Positions 26,111 through 39,150 are shown, counted from the stretch's first letter. The stretch: DNA of 64,000 bases from Octopus sinensis (GCF_006345805.1 NC_043014.1:55242001-55306000), one strand, 5' to 3'. Numbers and translations are program-made. The notes: generated by a model from the letters alone, not told the origin.

Positions 26111-28710
26111 TCAGAATGAAGGGACAATATTTAAAATAGAAAAATGAAAGGTAATATATATATATATGTATATATATAGATATAGGTATGGTCTGAACAA
26201 TTGGAACAGCAGTTATTTAATGACAAGTGTGTAATGAAAAGGGTGTGGTGAGATAAGACTACGGTGGGTTAAAAAAATGGGGTGAATCTAAGAATGATGA
26301 AAATAGTGATGATGATGAGGATGAAGACGGGGATAAGTGAAAATGATGGAGAAAAGATATAGATTTAGAGATCAAAGATATGGAGGGGCCTAGTAAGTGA
26401 TTAGTAAGGGCAAAAACAAAATCCAATAACCCCCATATAAGAAGACTTAAAATGTCGATCAGAAAGTGGTAAGGACAAGCTGGCAACGGTTCAAATAGGG
26501 CACCGGAACAAGGAGATTTGATACTTATAAACACAGGTAGAGCTAAAAGAAAGGAGAAAGTAAAAAAGAGGGGAAAGAAGAGAGAGAGAGCAGAAACCGA
26601 GAGTGTATTCATTTAATAAAGAACTAAGGTTTCGTCTTGTATATCCTTGGTGTTGTATCTAATCTAATGATTAATAAACGAGGCGGGCTTCCGTGTGTGT
26701 TTTCGTTTTTTGGACGAGGGTGGATGGGCGACCAGGAAAACTATAAAGGACATTTCAACTAAGTGTTTTGACAAAAGGGCAAACCAATGTTTACCGCCAA
26801 AGATCCACCAATATCTGACCGGTTCGTTTCAACCCCCAATCATAGGTGGGGGTTGGTTTCGTACTTAAGTCCTGCTGCACCACAGCCACACCACGCCACA
26901 CTCACGCAAACATGGAGAGGTCACATATCGGTAACCGAAAAGATTTTCAGACATTACATATTATATATATATATATATATATTATTATCTATGTGTGTAT
27001 GTATGTGTGTATAACACATACGTGCTCTCACTCACTCACTCACTTTACTGATAAAGTACGAACACTAACGCATCTTCTATTTAAATATATATATATACAC
27101 ACACACACACATGAAGACAGGCTGAGAGAGAGAAAGAATGTCTGTGAAATCCTGCTTGCCAACGAAATGGCAACAACATAAGGAACTCAGAGAATCTGGG
27201 GATGAATGGGATAATGTGTGGAGAGGAGGGTTTAGTAGCTGTGGATAAATATAGTCGCGTTTTTCCTCAATGAAATACTGCCACCGCTGATGCTACTACT
27301 ACTAGCACGGTGTTGTTAGTTACTACTTACTTACTAAGCCTGTGTTGTTTCCCCCCTCTCTCTTCTGGCGATGATGATGATGGTGATGATGCTGCTGGAA
27401 GGGAGAGAGAGAGAGAGAGAGAAAGTGAGTGAGGGCGAGGTCCAAAATAAACTACTTTTCCTCCTATTTTATGGTTTTTTTTCACTTCCTCCTGTTTAAA
27501 GAAAGACAATGATATTACATTTTGTTGTTGTGGTGTTCGTTTGCTTTCATTACAAGTCAAAATAATTGATATCAAGGAACGTTAGGGACGAAACAAAGCA
27601 ATTTAGAATTAAAATAAGGAGGGTAGTTTTTGTTTGGATAGGTTTATAGTATGGCTTGGCACACTATATATATATATATATATTTCTCTGTGTGTGTGTT
27701 TTGCTTTATGTCTGTTTTTGTCTTTAACTCCTCCTTATAATTTATGCATTTGGTTTGTGTGAGGAACAGAGAAATCTCATTCCATTGCAGAATACATACA
27801 TAGAAGGTTGGTTGGTCGTGGAACTAAAGATCTCTTGAAGGTGGGGGAGAAAATTTAAGAAATTTAAGGAATATACAACAACCATGAAGTGAATGAAGAC
27901 TGGCCGGATGGATGGATGAAGAAGGAGAAGAAGAAGAAGAAGAAGAAAGAATTTATTTTTTTTCCTAACCAAAGAAGAATCGAAGGTGAATGAAAAAGGA
28001 AAAAAAAAAAGAGTAGAAAAATCTAAGAATGAGAGAGAGAGAGAGGAATGAAGGAACGAACGTTTAGTTTAGTTTAAAGAAACGAATGGACGTTAAGAAA
28101 GAGATCGATGAATGGTTAAACAAGAACGGTGGGGGGGGGAGAAATCGATGATTGATTGATTATTTATACGAACAATGTTTTCTTGTTTTTTTTCTTTCTT
28201 TGTTAGTCTTTGTTTTGTTTTTTGCTCTCTTTTTTTTCTTTTTCTTTTTAAACAAAAATAAATAACAAGAATTGGTTTGAGTATAAAAATCCGTTTTTGT
28301 GCAAAAAAAATCCCAAGTCAGCAGTGCTCGCACTCGGGCCCAAGGGGTGGATTCCTTCCTGGTGGTGGTCGAGGTTCCAAATAAGAATTTGCAAAATACA
28401 ACGTATACGGTTTAACGGTTTACTCCATCCACTCCACTCCACTCCGAAATCCTGGCGGTTCAACACCGACGGCGACGATGATCAATCAATCAATCACAAC
28501 GGATGCCGAGACACTTATGATGACGGGGGAGGACCAAAGCTGGGAATTGTTGAGACGATCTCACGTAACGGCATCCTTCAAAGAGTTTATTTTCATTTCT
28601 TATTTTCTGGACGAGGCAGCAGCGGAGGGGAAGAAGATTCAATATTTTTGTTGCTAATGCTATAATAATAATTATTATTATTTTGCTTCGTTTTCAAACT
28701 GTAGCAACAG

Positions 28711-28744
<34 letters not shown>

Positions 28745-29639
28745 CAGTAGAAAGAATAGCCAAGATTTTGACTGCTATTTCTAAACTTCAGTATGTGGTG
28801 AGGCAAACAGTTGCTGAACCCTAATTAGGATCTTTCTTTTAGAAAAGATCCCCTAATTATTTAGTATATATATATATGTATATAACAGGGACAACGACAA
28901 CAATTTAATGTACGTACAAATACATGTAAATCTTGTATCTATATAAATATACACATATATATATATATACACACACAAATATACTGGTTCTGTTTTCAAA
29001 CAGAAGCAATGCTATATATATACACACATATACATATATATGTGGTGTGAACAGCGACAGTGAACAACAATTCAATGTATATACAAATACATGTAAATCC
29101 TGTATCTATATAAATATATCTATATCAATACACACACACGTATGTATATTTATATATACACAAATAGACTGGTTCTGCTTCCAAACAGAAGCAATTATAG
29201 AATTTAAGTGTGAACAGCAGCAAGGAAGATTGTGGCGGACGTACTTACATGTGTGCTTCGCTTAATTATTTATATATGGGTATATATACGATATATACAC
29301 TCAGATGTGTGCTTCGGTGTTTATCATATACATACATGTGTCGTATGGTATGCGTATATTTAGTAATATTTACACCTGTTAATTACATAAAGGTGAGACG
29401 TTTTTTTGGGGTGAAGGAAGAAGGTAAAGGTGATGGAGGTGGTGGTCCGGTCCCAGTGTTGTGTGTGTAGTGGAGGAGTTCAATGGCTGAGTTAGAAGCG
29501 GAGTGTTCACGGTTTCGTGTGTGGGTGGTGGTGGTGGTGGTCGTGTTCGATGGAAAAAAAGAAAACAGTAGAGAAAGTTGTTGTTGTTGTGGTGGAATCG
29601 GCGGCCGATAAAAGTGCATCAACGGCCGACAGTCGGCTG

Positions 29640-29710
29640 TCAGTGATGGTGGCAGCCATACACTGTGTTTTAGTGCGCAGCTCTACTGCGCATCACGTCA
29701 TAAAAGTAAA
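29640..29710 (-). promoter_or_regulatory. Candidate SNRK promoter / upstream-exon region
   Basis: Unique CpG-containing stretch upstream of SNRK. Two TGCGCA palindromes (29674-79, 29687-92) sit next to a CRE half-site ACGTCA (29695-700). Motif presence only. Confidence 0.25.
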
Positions 29711-29774
29711 TGAGGATGGGAGAGAGAGAGAGAGGAAGGAGGAGGTGGGACAGGGAGTGGTGAGGATGTGTTTG

Positions 29775-30310
29775 TGTAGGAGTGGGAGGGAGAGAGAAAG
29801 GGAGATAATGGGAGCGAGCGAGAGAGAGAAGAGAAAGAAAGATAAGGGAGAGAAAGAAAGAGTAAAAGAGAGAGAGAGAAAGAGAAAGAAATTGAGTAAG
29901 TAAAAGCTAGAGAGAGAAAGAAAGATAAAAGGGAGAGAAAGTAAGAGATAAAAAGGGAGAGAAAAAAGAGTAGAAAGAGAAAGAGGAAGAGAAAGAAGGA
30001 AAGATAAAAAGGGAGAGAAAGAAAGAGTAAAAAAAGAGAGAGAGAAAGAAAGAGTAAAAAAAGAGAGAGAGAAAGAAAGAGTAAAAAAAGAGAGAGAGAA
30101 AGAAAGAAAGAGAAAGTGGAGAGAAAGAAAGAGTAAAAAAATGAGAGAGGAAAGGAAAGAAAGAAAGGAAGATAAAAAGGGAGACAAAGAAAGAGTAAAA
30201 GAGAGAGAGAGAGAGGAAGAGAGAGAAAGAAAGATAAAAAGGGAGAGAAAGAAAGAGAAAGAGAAAGAAACTGAGAAAGTGAAAGATAGAGAGAAAAAGA
30301 GAAAGAGACG
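29775..30310 (+). repeat. (GA/GAAA)n polypurine tract
   Basis: Almost purely A/G for more than 500 bp. Confidence 0.95.
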
Positions 30311-31870
30311 ATGCAAGGATGGGTAGGGTATACTTTTTGACTTATTTGTTTATTACTGTTTTATATATATATATATGATATAATATATATATATATATAT
30401 ATAAATATATATATACACACACAGACATATGCTCCCACACACACACTCACACTCGCACACACATACACATACACATTTATTTATTTATTTATGTGTGTGT
30501 GTGAGTCAGTGTTGTGATGCATTATCGTGTGGTGTGCACGTGTATACAGGCACGCGCGCACACAACACAAACATCCGTACCACACGGACATGCATCAATA
30601 ACTGCGTGTGAAGGGGTCAGTATCGGTTTAACGTACATGTTTTCCGTGCTTGCATGGGTCAGAAGGAATTTGCTGAGGCAGATTTTTCTACGGCCGGATG
30701 CCCTTCCTCTCACCAAACCTTACTTGGAAGCCAGATAATATTTCCCGATGGCTAGACTTGCTTTCATGGAAGATTTGGAAACAGGCTGTGGCAGGTGGAA
30801 AGCTCCTCTCAAGCACTGGGCCTCATGGAAGCAATGGCAAACGACCAAGATCTTAGCATTATGCCGTGGTTGAGAAGAAGACACATCATGCCAAGTAAAA
30901 TCGCAGTTGTGGCAGATACTGGTACCAAGAAATGGCACCCATGTGGGTGGCACGTAAAAGCACTCATTACACTCTTGGAGTGGTTGGCATTTGGAAGGGC
31001 ATCCAGCTGTAGAAAACCATGCCAAATCAAACTGGGGTATGGTGCAACCTCCCAGCTTGCCAGCCCTGGTCAGACCGTGCAAACTATGCCAACATGGACA
31101 ATGGACACAAAATGATGATGATGATGATGATGATGATGATTCTGACCCACAAAGCTCTATCTGCGACGATTTCATCTCAATCGAAGGAGAGGGGCTTTCT
31201 CCGTCCAGGTTGCGGATCCGTGAAATAAGCTGCTGGACGAGATGGTGAAGATGCTGACGACCGCTCGGTTCAAAGTCTCCCTTGACCAGAAATGGCCTGA
31301 ACTCTTTGCATGAACACCACCCTCTACATAACTCCATGTCCCCCTACATGGCCTTGCTTTTTGCTTTTTGTGAAAAAAAATTAACTTAACTTAACAGGGC
31401 ATGCTTGCTTCACTTCATTCCAGCATTCACAAATCCTCTGCTTCTGAGGCTTATCTTTTGCTACCATACAACACACACTTTGTACACAAGCATCACTATA
31501 GGCTTGAGAATAGGGGATGCAGGGGTGCACTTTCACTCCCTAAAATCTTGCAGAGGTGCAGTGGGGGGAGCAAATGGAAATACTTTGAACCTCCTCCTTA
31601 AAAACTAACTTGTTAAAATGAATGGGTGTAGAAACATCTCTCATGATTTTGCCTGGTGACTCACAGACATAACATAATAAAAACTTCAGCCTCAGAATCT
31701 ACTACAGCATTCACCATTACTACAACCACCGACAACTACCACAGCATTCAGCACCACTGACAACGACCTTCACCACCGGTGCCATTCTTCCACCACTGTC
31801 CCCAGTGTCACCTAAATGGCACCAACACCATCATTTGGGGCGCTGCTACTACAAGGACAAGCATCAGACT

Positions 31871-32020
31871 AAAATGGGGTCACTGCCCTTACAGTTAGCC
31901 AAAATGGGGTCACTGCCCTTACAGTTAGCCAAAATGGGGTCACTGCCCATACAGTTAGCCAAAATGGGGTCACTGCTCTTACAAATAGCCAAAATGGGGT
32001 CACTACCCTTACAGTTAGCC
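31871..32020 (+). repeat. 30-bp minisatellite, 5 copies
   Basis: AAAATGGGGTCACTGCCCTTACAGTTAGCC units at 31871, 31901, 31931, 31961 and 31991. Confidence 0.95.
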
Positions 32021-32060
32021 TAAATGGCAAGATCTATGGAAGCATATATTCCTTTGGCTT

Positions 32061-32099
32061 TATCTTTCTGAAGATGGGCCTTTGCACCCGAAATATAAA
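32061..32099 (+). ncRNA. Minimal hammerhead-ribozyme-like motif (canonical core)
   Basis: CTGAAGA-T-GGG(cctttgca)CCC-GAAA-TAT-A, with palindromic ATAT at stem III. Stem I has only 2 bp. Confidence 0.5.
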
Positions 32100-32107
32100 T
32101 TATGATT

Positions 32108-32399
32108 TCACTTGGCCTGATGGGTCTTCTCAAACATGACCTATCTCCAAAGGTCTTAGTCACTAGTCATTGCCTCCGTGAGGCCCAAAATTCAAAGATC
32201 ATGCTTCACCACCTCATCCCATGTCTTCCTGGGTCTACTTCTACCTCAGGTTCCCTCCACAGTTAGAGATTGGCACTTCTTTACACAGCAGTCCTCGTCC
32301 ATGCACATCACATGACCATACCATCACAGTTGCCTCTCTTCCACACCACATCTGATGCCTCTTTTGCCCACCTTTTCTCTCAAGGTGCTTGCACTCTGT
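32108..32399 (-). mobile_element. Decayed RTE-clade LINE ORF2 C-terminus
   Basis: Translates as QSASTLREKVGKRGIRCGVEERQL*WYGHVMCMDEDCCVKKCQSLTVEGT*GRSRPRKTWDEVVKHDL*ILGLTEAMTSD*DLWR*VMFEKTHQAK*. This contains the RLxWxGH and GRPRKTW motifs, with internal stops. Confidence 0.9.
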
Positions 32400-32856
32400 C
32401 AAACATTTAAAACTTTCTGCATTGCCAAAGCTTTCCTCATTTCTTATTTCATTTATTATTCAACTCAAAAACTTTGTCTTTCTCTTCCAGGCAGAAAATG
32501 CTTCAGCCCTCTTTGGTTACTGAATCTCTACAAAGCTCAATTAAAAGTCACTCACGATGGATTACTATGTCTATCTAAGACTACATCACAAAAGAAGGCC
32601 ATCTGTCTGGTTGTTGAAGATTCACTCACCAATTACACTAGACACCATTCCATTCTTTGCCTCTTCTGCCATTACTGTCTTGGCTTCTATGATCCTCAAC
32701 TAGTTAATGGCAGACCCTTTCCCCAAATATACCCAGCCCAACTACCTCTGCTCCTCCTACCACCCTTAACCCTTTTGTTACCATAACAACAACAACAACA
32801 ACAACATCAACAATAATAATGGTTTCCAAGTTTGACACAAGGCCAGTAATTTTAAG

Positions 32857-33263
32857 GGCGCAGGAGCAGGAGTGGCTGTGTGGTAAGTAGCTTGCTTATC
32901 AACCACATGGGTCCGGGTTCAGTCGCACTGCGTGGCACCTTGGGCAAGTGTCTTCTGCTATAGCCTCGGGCCGACCAATGTCTTGTGAGTGGATTTGGTA
33001 GACGGAAACTGAAAGAAGTCCGTCGTATATATGTATATATATATATGTGTGTGTGTGTATATGTTTGTGTGTCTGTGTTTGTCCCCCTAGCATTGCTTGA
33101 CAACTGATGCTGGTGTTTATGTCCCCGTTACTTAGCGGTTCGGCAAAAGAGACCGATAGAATAAGTACTGGGCTTACAAAAGAATAGGTCGAGTTGCTCG
33201 ATTAAAGGCGGTGCTCCAGCATGGCCGCAGTCAAATGACTGAAACAAGTAAAAGAGTAAAAGA
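32857..33263 (+). mobile_element. Family-A SINE nested in an older family-B SINE, about 330 bp upstream of the TDRD9 ATG
   Basis: Full head-to-tail copy. Family-B-type fragments flank it at 32815-32856 and 33264-33355. Confidence 0.85.
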
Positions 33264-33592
33264 GGTCAAGTCGGTTACATTGACCAAGTGTTTAAGGGAT
33301 ACTTATATTTCATCGACACCGAAAGAATGAAAGGCAAAGCCGACCTCACCGGAAAAGTGAAACTATTTACACGGATATGCGAGTGTTTAAAAAACACATT
33401 TATTCCCGAGTTGCTTATAACGGCTCGAAACACCCCAGTAAATATCATTACGAATAATCCATATATCTATTTATGTATATATATTTAAAACGATACTAAA
33501 TAGGAAAAATGTGTGTAAGTCGAAATACTAAAGTGTGGCTGGAAATGGTGGGCTGATGTCAATAATAGTCCTCGCATGGCTTTTGGTCCGCG

Positions 33593-33786
33593 ATGGCAGT
33601 AAACACGAATTTCCTCACCCCAGATCTAACCTTGGACCACTACGATGACTGGCTTAAAGGAAACCTTTCCAAATCCAAGACACAGATTAAAACCGTTGTC
33701 AAGAGTAAAACCTGTGGCAAAGCTTTAGATCGGAAATCTTTAACGCCAGTTGAAAGTCCTCCTTCGATGGTTCCACCACATCAAAG
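33593..33786 (+). CDS. TDRD9: TDRD9/spindle-E exon 1
   Basis: ATG in strong context (gcgATGg). The peptide LTLDHYDDWLKG resembles the TDRD9 N-terminus (LTIEQINDWF in human, from memory). Donor AAG|GTAAG, phase 2. Confidence 0.75.
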
Positions 33787-35097
33787 GTAAGAAGAAGAAT
33801 AAAATAAATACCTAAGACTTATTAAAAGGCGAAAGAAGGCTAATTAAAACGTAATTAAACGGACTTTTCTTCGTTACCAAATACTCTGTAGACGAAATAA
33901 TACATAAGGGGTGGTGGTGGTGGTGGAGGGGGGAAGAGGCGGCGCAACCACTTTGCTAAAGATAGCAGCTAAACCTCACCCACGAACCTTTATTTTCTTC
34001 CCACAAAGTGAAATCGAAAGTAAAAACTTCTTGTCGGGGTCCATTAAAAAAACACAATGTTATTTAGATTATAGAACAGCAAAAATACAAAACTTAATAC
34101 CAGCCTTTTTGTTATTTACCTGTAATTTTTATTTATTATATTAATTAATAAATATAAAAAGAAAAAGTACGTTCGCAGTTTCCGGGCTTAAAACATTCGA
34201 AATATTTTTTCTTAACTTCAAACATATTCCTCGAAATTGTAAACTGTTTCTCGACCAAAGTGTTCTGTTTTTTTTTTTCACTTCCGTCATCATTAATTAC
34301 AAATTAATTAATGAAATCTTATATATTTTTTTGCAGCGTGGAAGGTGTTTGTAAGCCATTTAAGAAACACAACAAAAGCCGTTCGATTCACTTCCAACAT
34401 TTAAGTTTAATTTGTCAAAATATTTTCGTCGCTTTAAGACCGCGACCTCTTCACTGACAAAAATCCGTGATGCAATATTTTTTATTTCTCATGAAATAAA
34501 AAAAAAAAGAAGTTTTCCTGTTGAATTTGATGGTTATAGGTAGTTGCCATGTAAAGTTTCACTAATTTTGTTTTGACATGTTTGAGACTGTCTTTATATT
34601 TACTGTTGTGATAAGGTGTGCTACTAACATCAGATGTAATTTCATAGAGTGATTAATAAATCGAAGATGGTAATAAATAATGATAAATTTTAAGCTAGTT
34701 GGTCCCTAGCTCGTATTTTGCACCACGAGTTATCTTGGAATCAGGACTTAAGGGGTTATAATAAAGTTAAAATAATGCACGAATGTTAGTCGAACTAAAC
34801 ATACCTAGAGATTAAATTCTCCTGGGTTGGAATTTTTGCTGTATTCACCGTATATACTAAGTTCATATAACATGAGGAAATGAAATAGTAATAAGTTTAT
34901 TGGCCAATAGACACCTGCTGAAATAATGTAGTAAATTCTACTCTTATACAAGTTCCATTATTGGTCTGTGACTCTTTCAGGACTGTAATCGATTACATTG
35001 ACCCCTCTCCAATACTTCCCTGCTGCTTATTTTATCGACCTTGGTAAGATGAAAGACAAAGCTGACTCCTGCTAGATTAGAACTCAGAATGCGAGGG

Positions 35098-36077
35098 GAT
35101 GTGACTGAAAACTGCCTCTCGGCCCGCGACTCCATGAGTATGACTTGGAATAAAAGGGTAGACTACTAAAATAAACATTGATTTTTTTCTTTTTTTTTCA
35201 AGTCTAAACATTTTTAGGAAGGGTCCCACAATTTAATCAACCTGCAACATGGCTGTTTTATTGACCAAGGAAGTCCAATTTGGCCTGATTGGAATTTAAA
35301 GACAGAAGGGGCCGAAACTAGATTCTGCGAGGCATTTTGTCCAGTGCTTTGCTGATATCTAAAACCTAGAGCCCAGCTTAACCTGTTTGCATTGAAACTG
35401 GCCTTATTTGCCCCAAATATTCTCCCACTTTTATGTTCAAATCGACGAGATGTTATCTCCCACACTTATCCTACTACGCTATTCTAAAAATAAGCAGTCA
35501 CATCATGGAAAAGTTGAAGCCATAAGATAATGCATGATTGATTGATAACGATAAGAATAAATAGGCTTTACAGGTGACAGGGTAATCAGAAGGTTAGAAT
35601 GCTAAGGAAATCTTGATTCTATTTCCTTTCTCACATGAGAGGTCCAACACAGGATGGACTGAGGTATTTCCAACAATACACAGAACAGAAATCCACCATG
35701 TTGGATTATCACAGACATCCAACAAGACATCATCAATCAATCATGATGTGACTGAAAACTGCCTCTCGGCCCGCAACTCCATAAGTACGACTTGGGATAA
35801 AAGGGTAGACTACTAAAATAAACATTGATTTTTTTTCCTTTTTTTTTTCAAGACTAAACATTTTTAGGAAGGGTCCCACAATCTAATCAACCTGCAACAT
35901 GATTGTTTTATTGACCAAGGAAGTTCAATTTGGCCTGATTGAAAAGTTGAAGCTATAAGATAATGCATGATTGATTCATAACAATGAGAATAAATAGGCT
36001 TTACATGTGACAATGTAATCAGAAGGCTAAAATGCTAAGGGAATCTTGATTCTATTTCCTTTCTCAGCTGAGAGGTC
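35098..36077 (+). repeat. Local tandem duplication (35098-35644 and 35745-36077; the second copy lacks about 216 bp)
   Basis: Direct alignment by eye of two blocks. Confidence 0.9.
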
Positions 36078-36670
36078 CTTGCCTTGCAAACTAATTGGCA
36101 ACACCACAGGTGCTGGTGCCATGTAAAAACACTCAAAAAAAGTACCTGTGCTGGCACCACTTTGACAACATCTGTGTTGGTCCACATGAAAAGCACTCTG
36201 TAGAGTGACTGGCATTAGGAAGGGCATCCGGCCTTAGAAACCATGCCAAAATAGACAATAGAGCTTGGTACAGCTCTCTGGCCTTGCCAGCTCCTGTTAA
36301 CCTCTCCAACCCATGCCAGATGAGGGTAAGTGGAGCATGCTAGCTGTAGTTCTTTCTATTCTTTTTGCAAGTCCTCTCCATTCAGGGCTCATGTCTCACT
36401 ACTATGTAGTACTGCAGTCCTTACACAACCATCATGCTGTCTGCCTTCCACTTTTCAGAGAGAGAGGCTGTTGTTACCAACAGAATTAATATCTCCCTAA
36501 CTTTCTCCAGCTTCTTCTCACTCCATACGATATATTTTCAGAACATTCTCCATCTTTACTAATTGGGTCACCCAAGTAACAGAAACTGCCAGCTACTTCT
36601 AGGGACCCTTCTGAACTTTTGAAGAGAATCCTTCCTCATGTGCCTTTAGTGTTGAAAGCACTTGCACATC

Positions 36671-37117
36671 TGTCATAAACATGCCCACGGGAAATAACAT
36701 CATTAGGTGAGACAAGCTGACTGACAGGTGACGGTCGTTTAGAAAAAGCGCGGGCTAAAACTACGCGCCTTCACTCATCAGTTAAGGTGAGACAGTGTCA
36801 CGTGACAACTTGCTGGGGCTGCCTGCTGGAGCCTATGCGGCAGGTATTTAAAGGGAGAAATTTGACAAGACAGTCAGTCACCAGCTGACACTCACTGACG
36901 ATACATCGAAGAGGCCAGGGAACAGAAGAAAGAAGACATGCACCCAACACCAGAGCTGAAGACACCTCCGAAAGGATGGGGGACCCACCACTTCAAAACG
37001 GTAGAGGAGTAGGGGACGAAACCAGACGTTGTTCCTCCTGATGATGTCTTGAGCTAACTGGATCCTATAAAGGAGCTGTTGTCGTAGCAGACCACGAAAC
37101 ACGGTTGTAATTCCTCC
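36671..37117. mobile_element. Solo-LTR-like insert between 107-bp direct repeats
   Basis: Starts TGTCA, is CpG-rich and carries a TATA-like GTATTTAAAG. The canonical 3' CA end is not clear. Confidence 0.45.
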
Positions 37118-37631
37118 TGGGTCACCCAAGTAACAGAAACTGTCAGCTACTTCTAGGGATCTTTCTGAACTTTTGAAGAGAACCTTTCCTCATGTGCCTT
37201 TAGTGTTGAAAGCACTTGCACATCTCTGCCACATGTGAAGTCAGCTTTCTCTGTAATTTGGCCAAAGACTTCAGTGATTCCATAGCTCCTTTTGTGTGTC
37301 CATAATATGGTCAAGTCAGATCTTGAATCAGTATTTGGTCCTTGTAACGTTGTGAGTTGGTAGCATTGTTAACATGCCAGGTAAAATGCTTAGTGGCATT
37401 TTGTCCCTTCTTTGTTTTTTCAAGTTTAGATTCTGCTGGGGTTGACTTATCCTTTCATCCTTTCAGGGTCAATAAAATAGGGTCAGGGTCATGTACTGGG
37501 GTTGATGTAATTGACTAACCTGCTCCTCGCCAGAATTTCGGGCTTTGTGCCTATAGTAGAAAGGATACTTGTTCCTTGTATATCTGTTGTCTGCTGTTGG
37601 AATTATGATTGATTGATGATGTCTTGTTGGA

Positions 37632-38180
37632 TCATCATCATCATCGTTTAATGTCCGCTTTCCATGCTAGCATGGGTTGGACGATTTGACTGAGGATCTG
37701 TGAAGCCAGAAGGCTGCACCAGGCTCCAATCTGATCTGGCAGAGTTTCTACAGCTGGATGCACTTCCTAACGCCAACCACTCCGAGAGTGTAGTGGGTGC
37801 TTTTTACGTGCCACCGGCATGGAGGCAGTCAGATGGTACTAGCAACAACCTTGCTCGAATCTTTTTACACATGCCACCGGCACAGGTGCCAGTAAGGCGA
37901 TGCTGGTAACGATCACGCTTGAATGGTGCCTTTTACGTGCCACCGACACGGAGGCCAGTTAGCTGCCCTGGCAATGATCACGCTCAGATAGTGCTCTTGG
38001 CACCTTACTAGCATGGGCACAAGTGCCAGTAAGGCGATGCTGGTAATGATCACACTGGAATGGTGCCTCCTACATGCCACCGGCACGGAAGCCGGTTAGC
38101 CACTCTGTCAACGATCACACTCGTATGGTGCTCTTTGTGCTCTGCTAGCACGGACACCAGTCATCGAATTTGATTTTGAT
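37632..38180 (-). mobile_element. RTE-3'UTR-type element with about 7 hairpin units and a (GAT)n tail
   Basis: It splits an older sequence and has a TTGGA target duplication at 37627-31 and 38181-85. Confidence 0.85.
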
Positions 38181-38519
38181 TTGGACGTCTGTGATAATCC
38201 AACATGGTGGGTTTCTGTTCTGTGTATTGTTGGAAATACCTCAGTCCATCCTGTGTTGGACATTGTCTCAAATGGCTAAAGTGATTGGTGTTTGGGTCAG
38301 AGGGTGTCCAGTTGTAGGAACCATTTAAAAAAATATGACATAATAAACAAGATGATTGGAGTTACTGGTGAAGTGAGCATTAATTTTGAAAAAGAATGGT
38401 TTTGGATTGTGACAACCCATCCAACTCATGGATGATTATAGACAGCAAACAATGGCTGAGTGTGTGTATCCCCCCCCCCCCAGGTTGATGGCCAGACAAA
38501 TGAGTATATATATATATAA

Positions 38520-38817
38520 CTTGCAGTATCGCCCGGCGTTGCTCGGGTTTGTAAGGGAAATAACTATATAAGCATTTTAGATAGTCACTTCCCTTATATA
38601 AACCGAGCAAAAAATGCGAAAAAATGATGGTAAATTTTATTTTTAAATCGTAGACTCATCGTAGATGCGCGCTAATACCCAGAAAGGCTTGATATGAATC
38701 ACGACTATAAGATACCCGGTTTTGGTTAAACTGCACCGCAAAATGTGGGAGTAGTTAGGAATCTAAATCGTAGGAGACAGACTCTCACACACACAACTTC
38801 AGTTTTATATATAAAGA
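38520..38817 (-). mobile_element. Non-autonomous Helitron
   Basis: A|TCTTTATATATAAAA...CCCGAGCAACGCCGGGCGATACTGCAAG|T. The 3' ~60 bp are shared with the 23042 element. Confidence 0.75.
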
Positions 38818-39017
38818 TATATATACTCACCTAATTTAGTTATTCTATATTATCACAACTTTCTAACAGATGGACATGTGAAACTCTGGGTTACAGTTTG
38901 TGAAGAACTTTTAAAGTTTTAATGAAATCGTATATTGCTCTGCCTTTAGGATTTGAGTACTGTTTTCTCTACCTTGTTTTGCACCTGTGTGCTTATGCAT
39001 TTGTGTGTGTGTATGTA

Positions 39018-39064
<47 letters not shown>

Positions 39065-39150
39065 AGAATCTACAAAAAAACCCAAAGATGTAGACAGGTG
39101 TGTAAACAAAAAACAGATGTATTAGTTTAAAACTCGAGAAGTGAGAATGT

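Noticed and set aside
37010-37110. CTGATGA with two nearby CGAAAC in the LTR-like insert
   Set aside because: No arrangement (type I, II or III) gives a credible stem I and stem III together.
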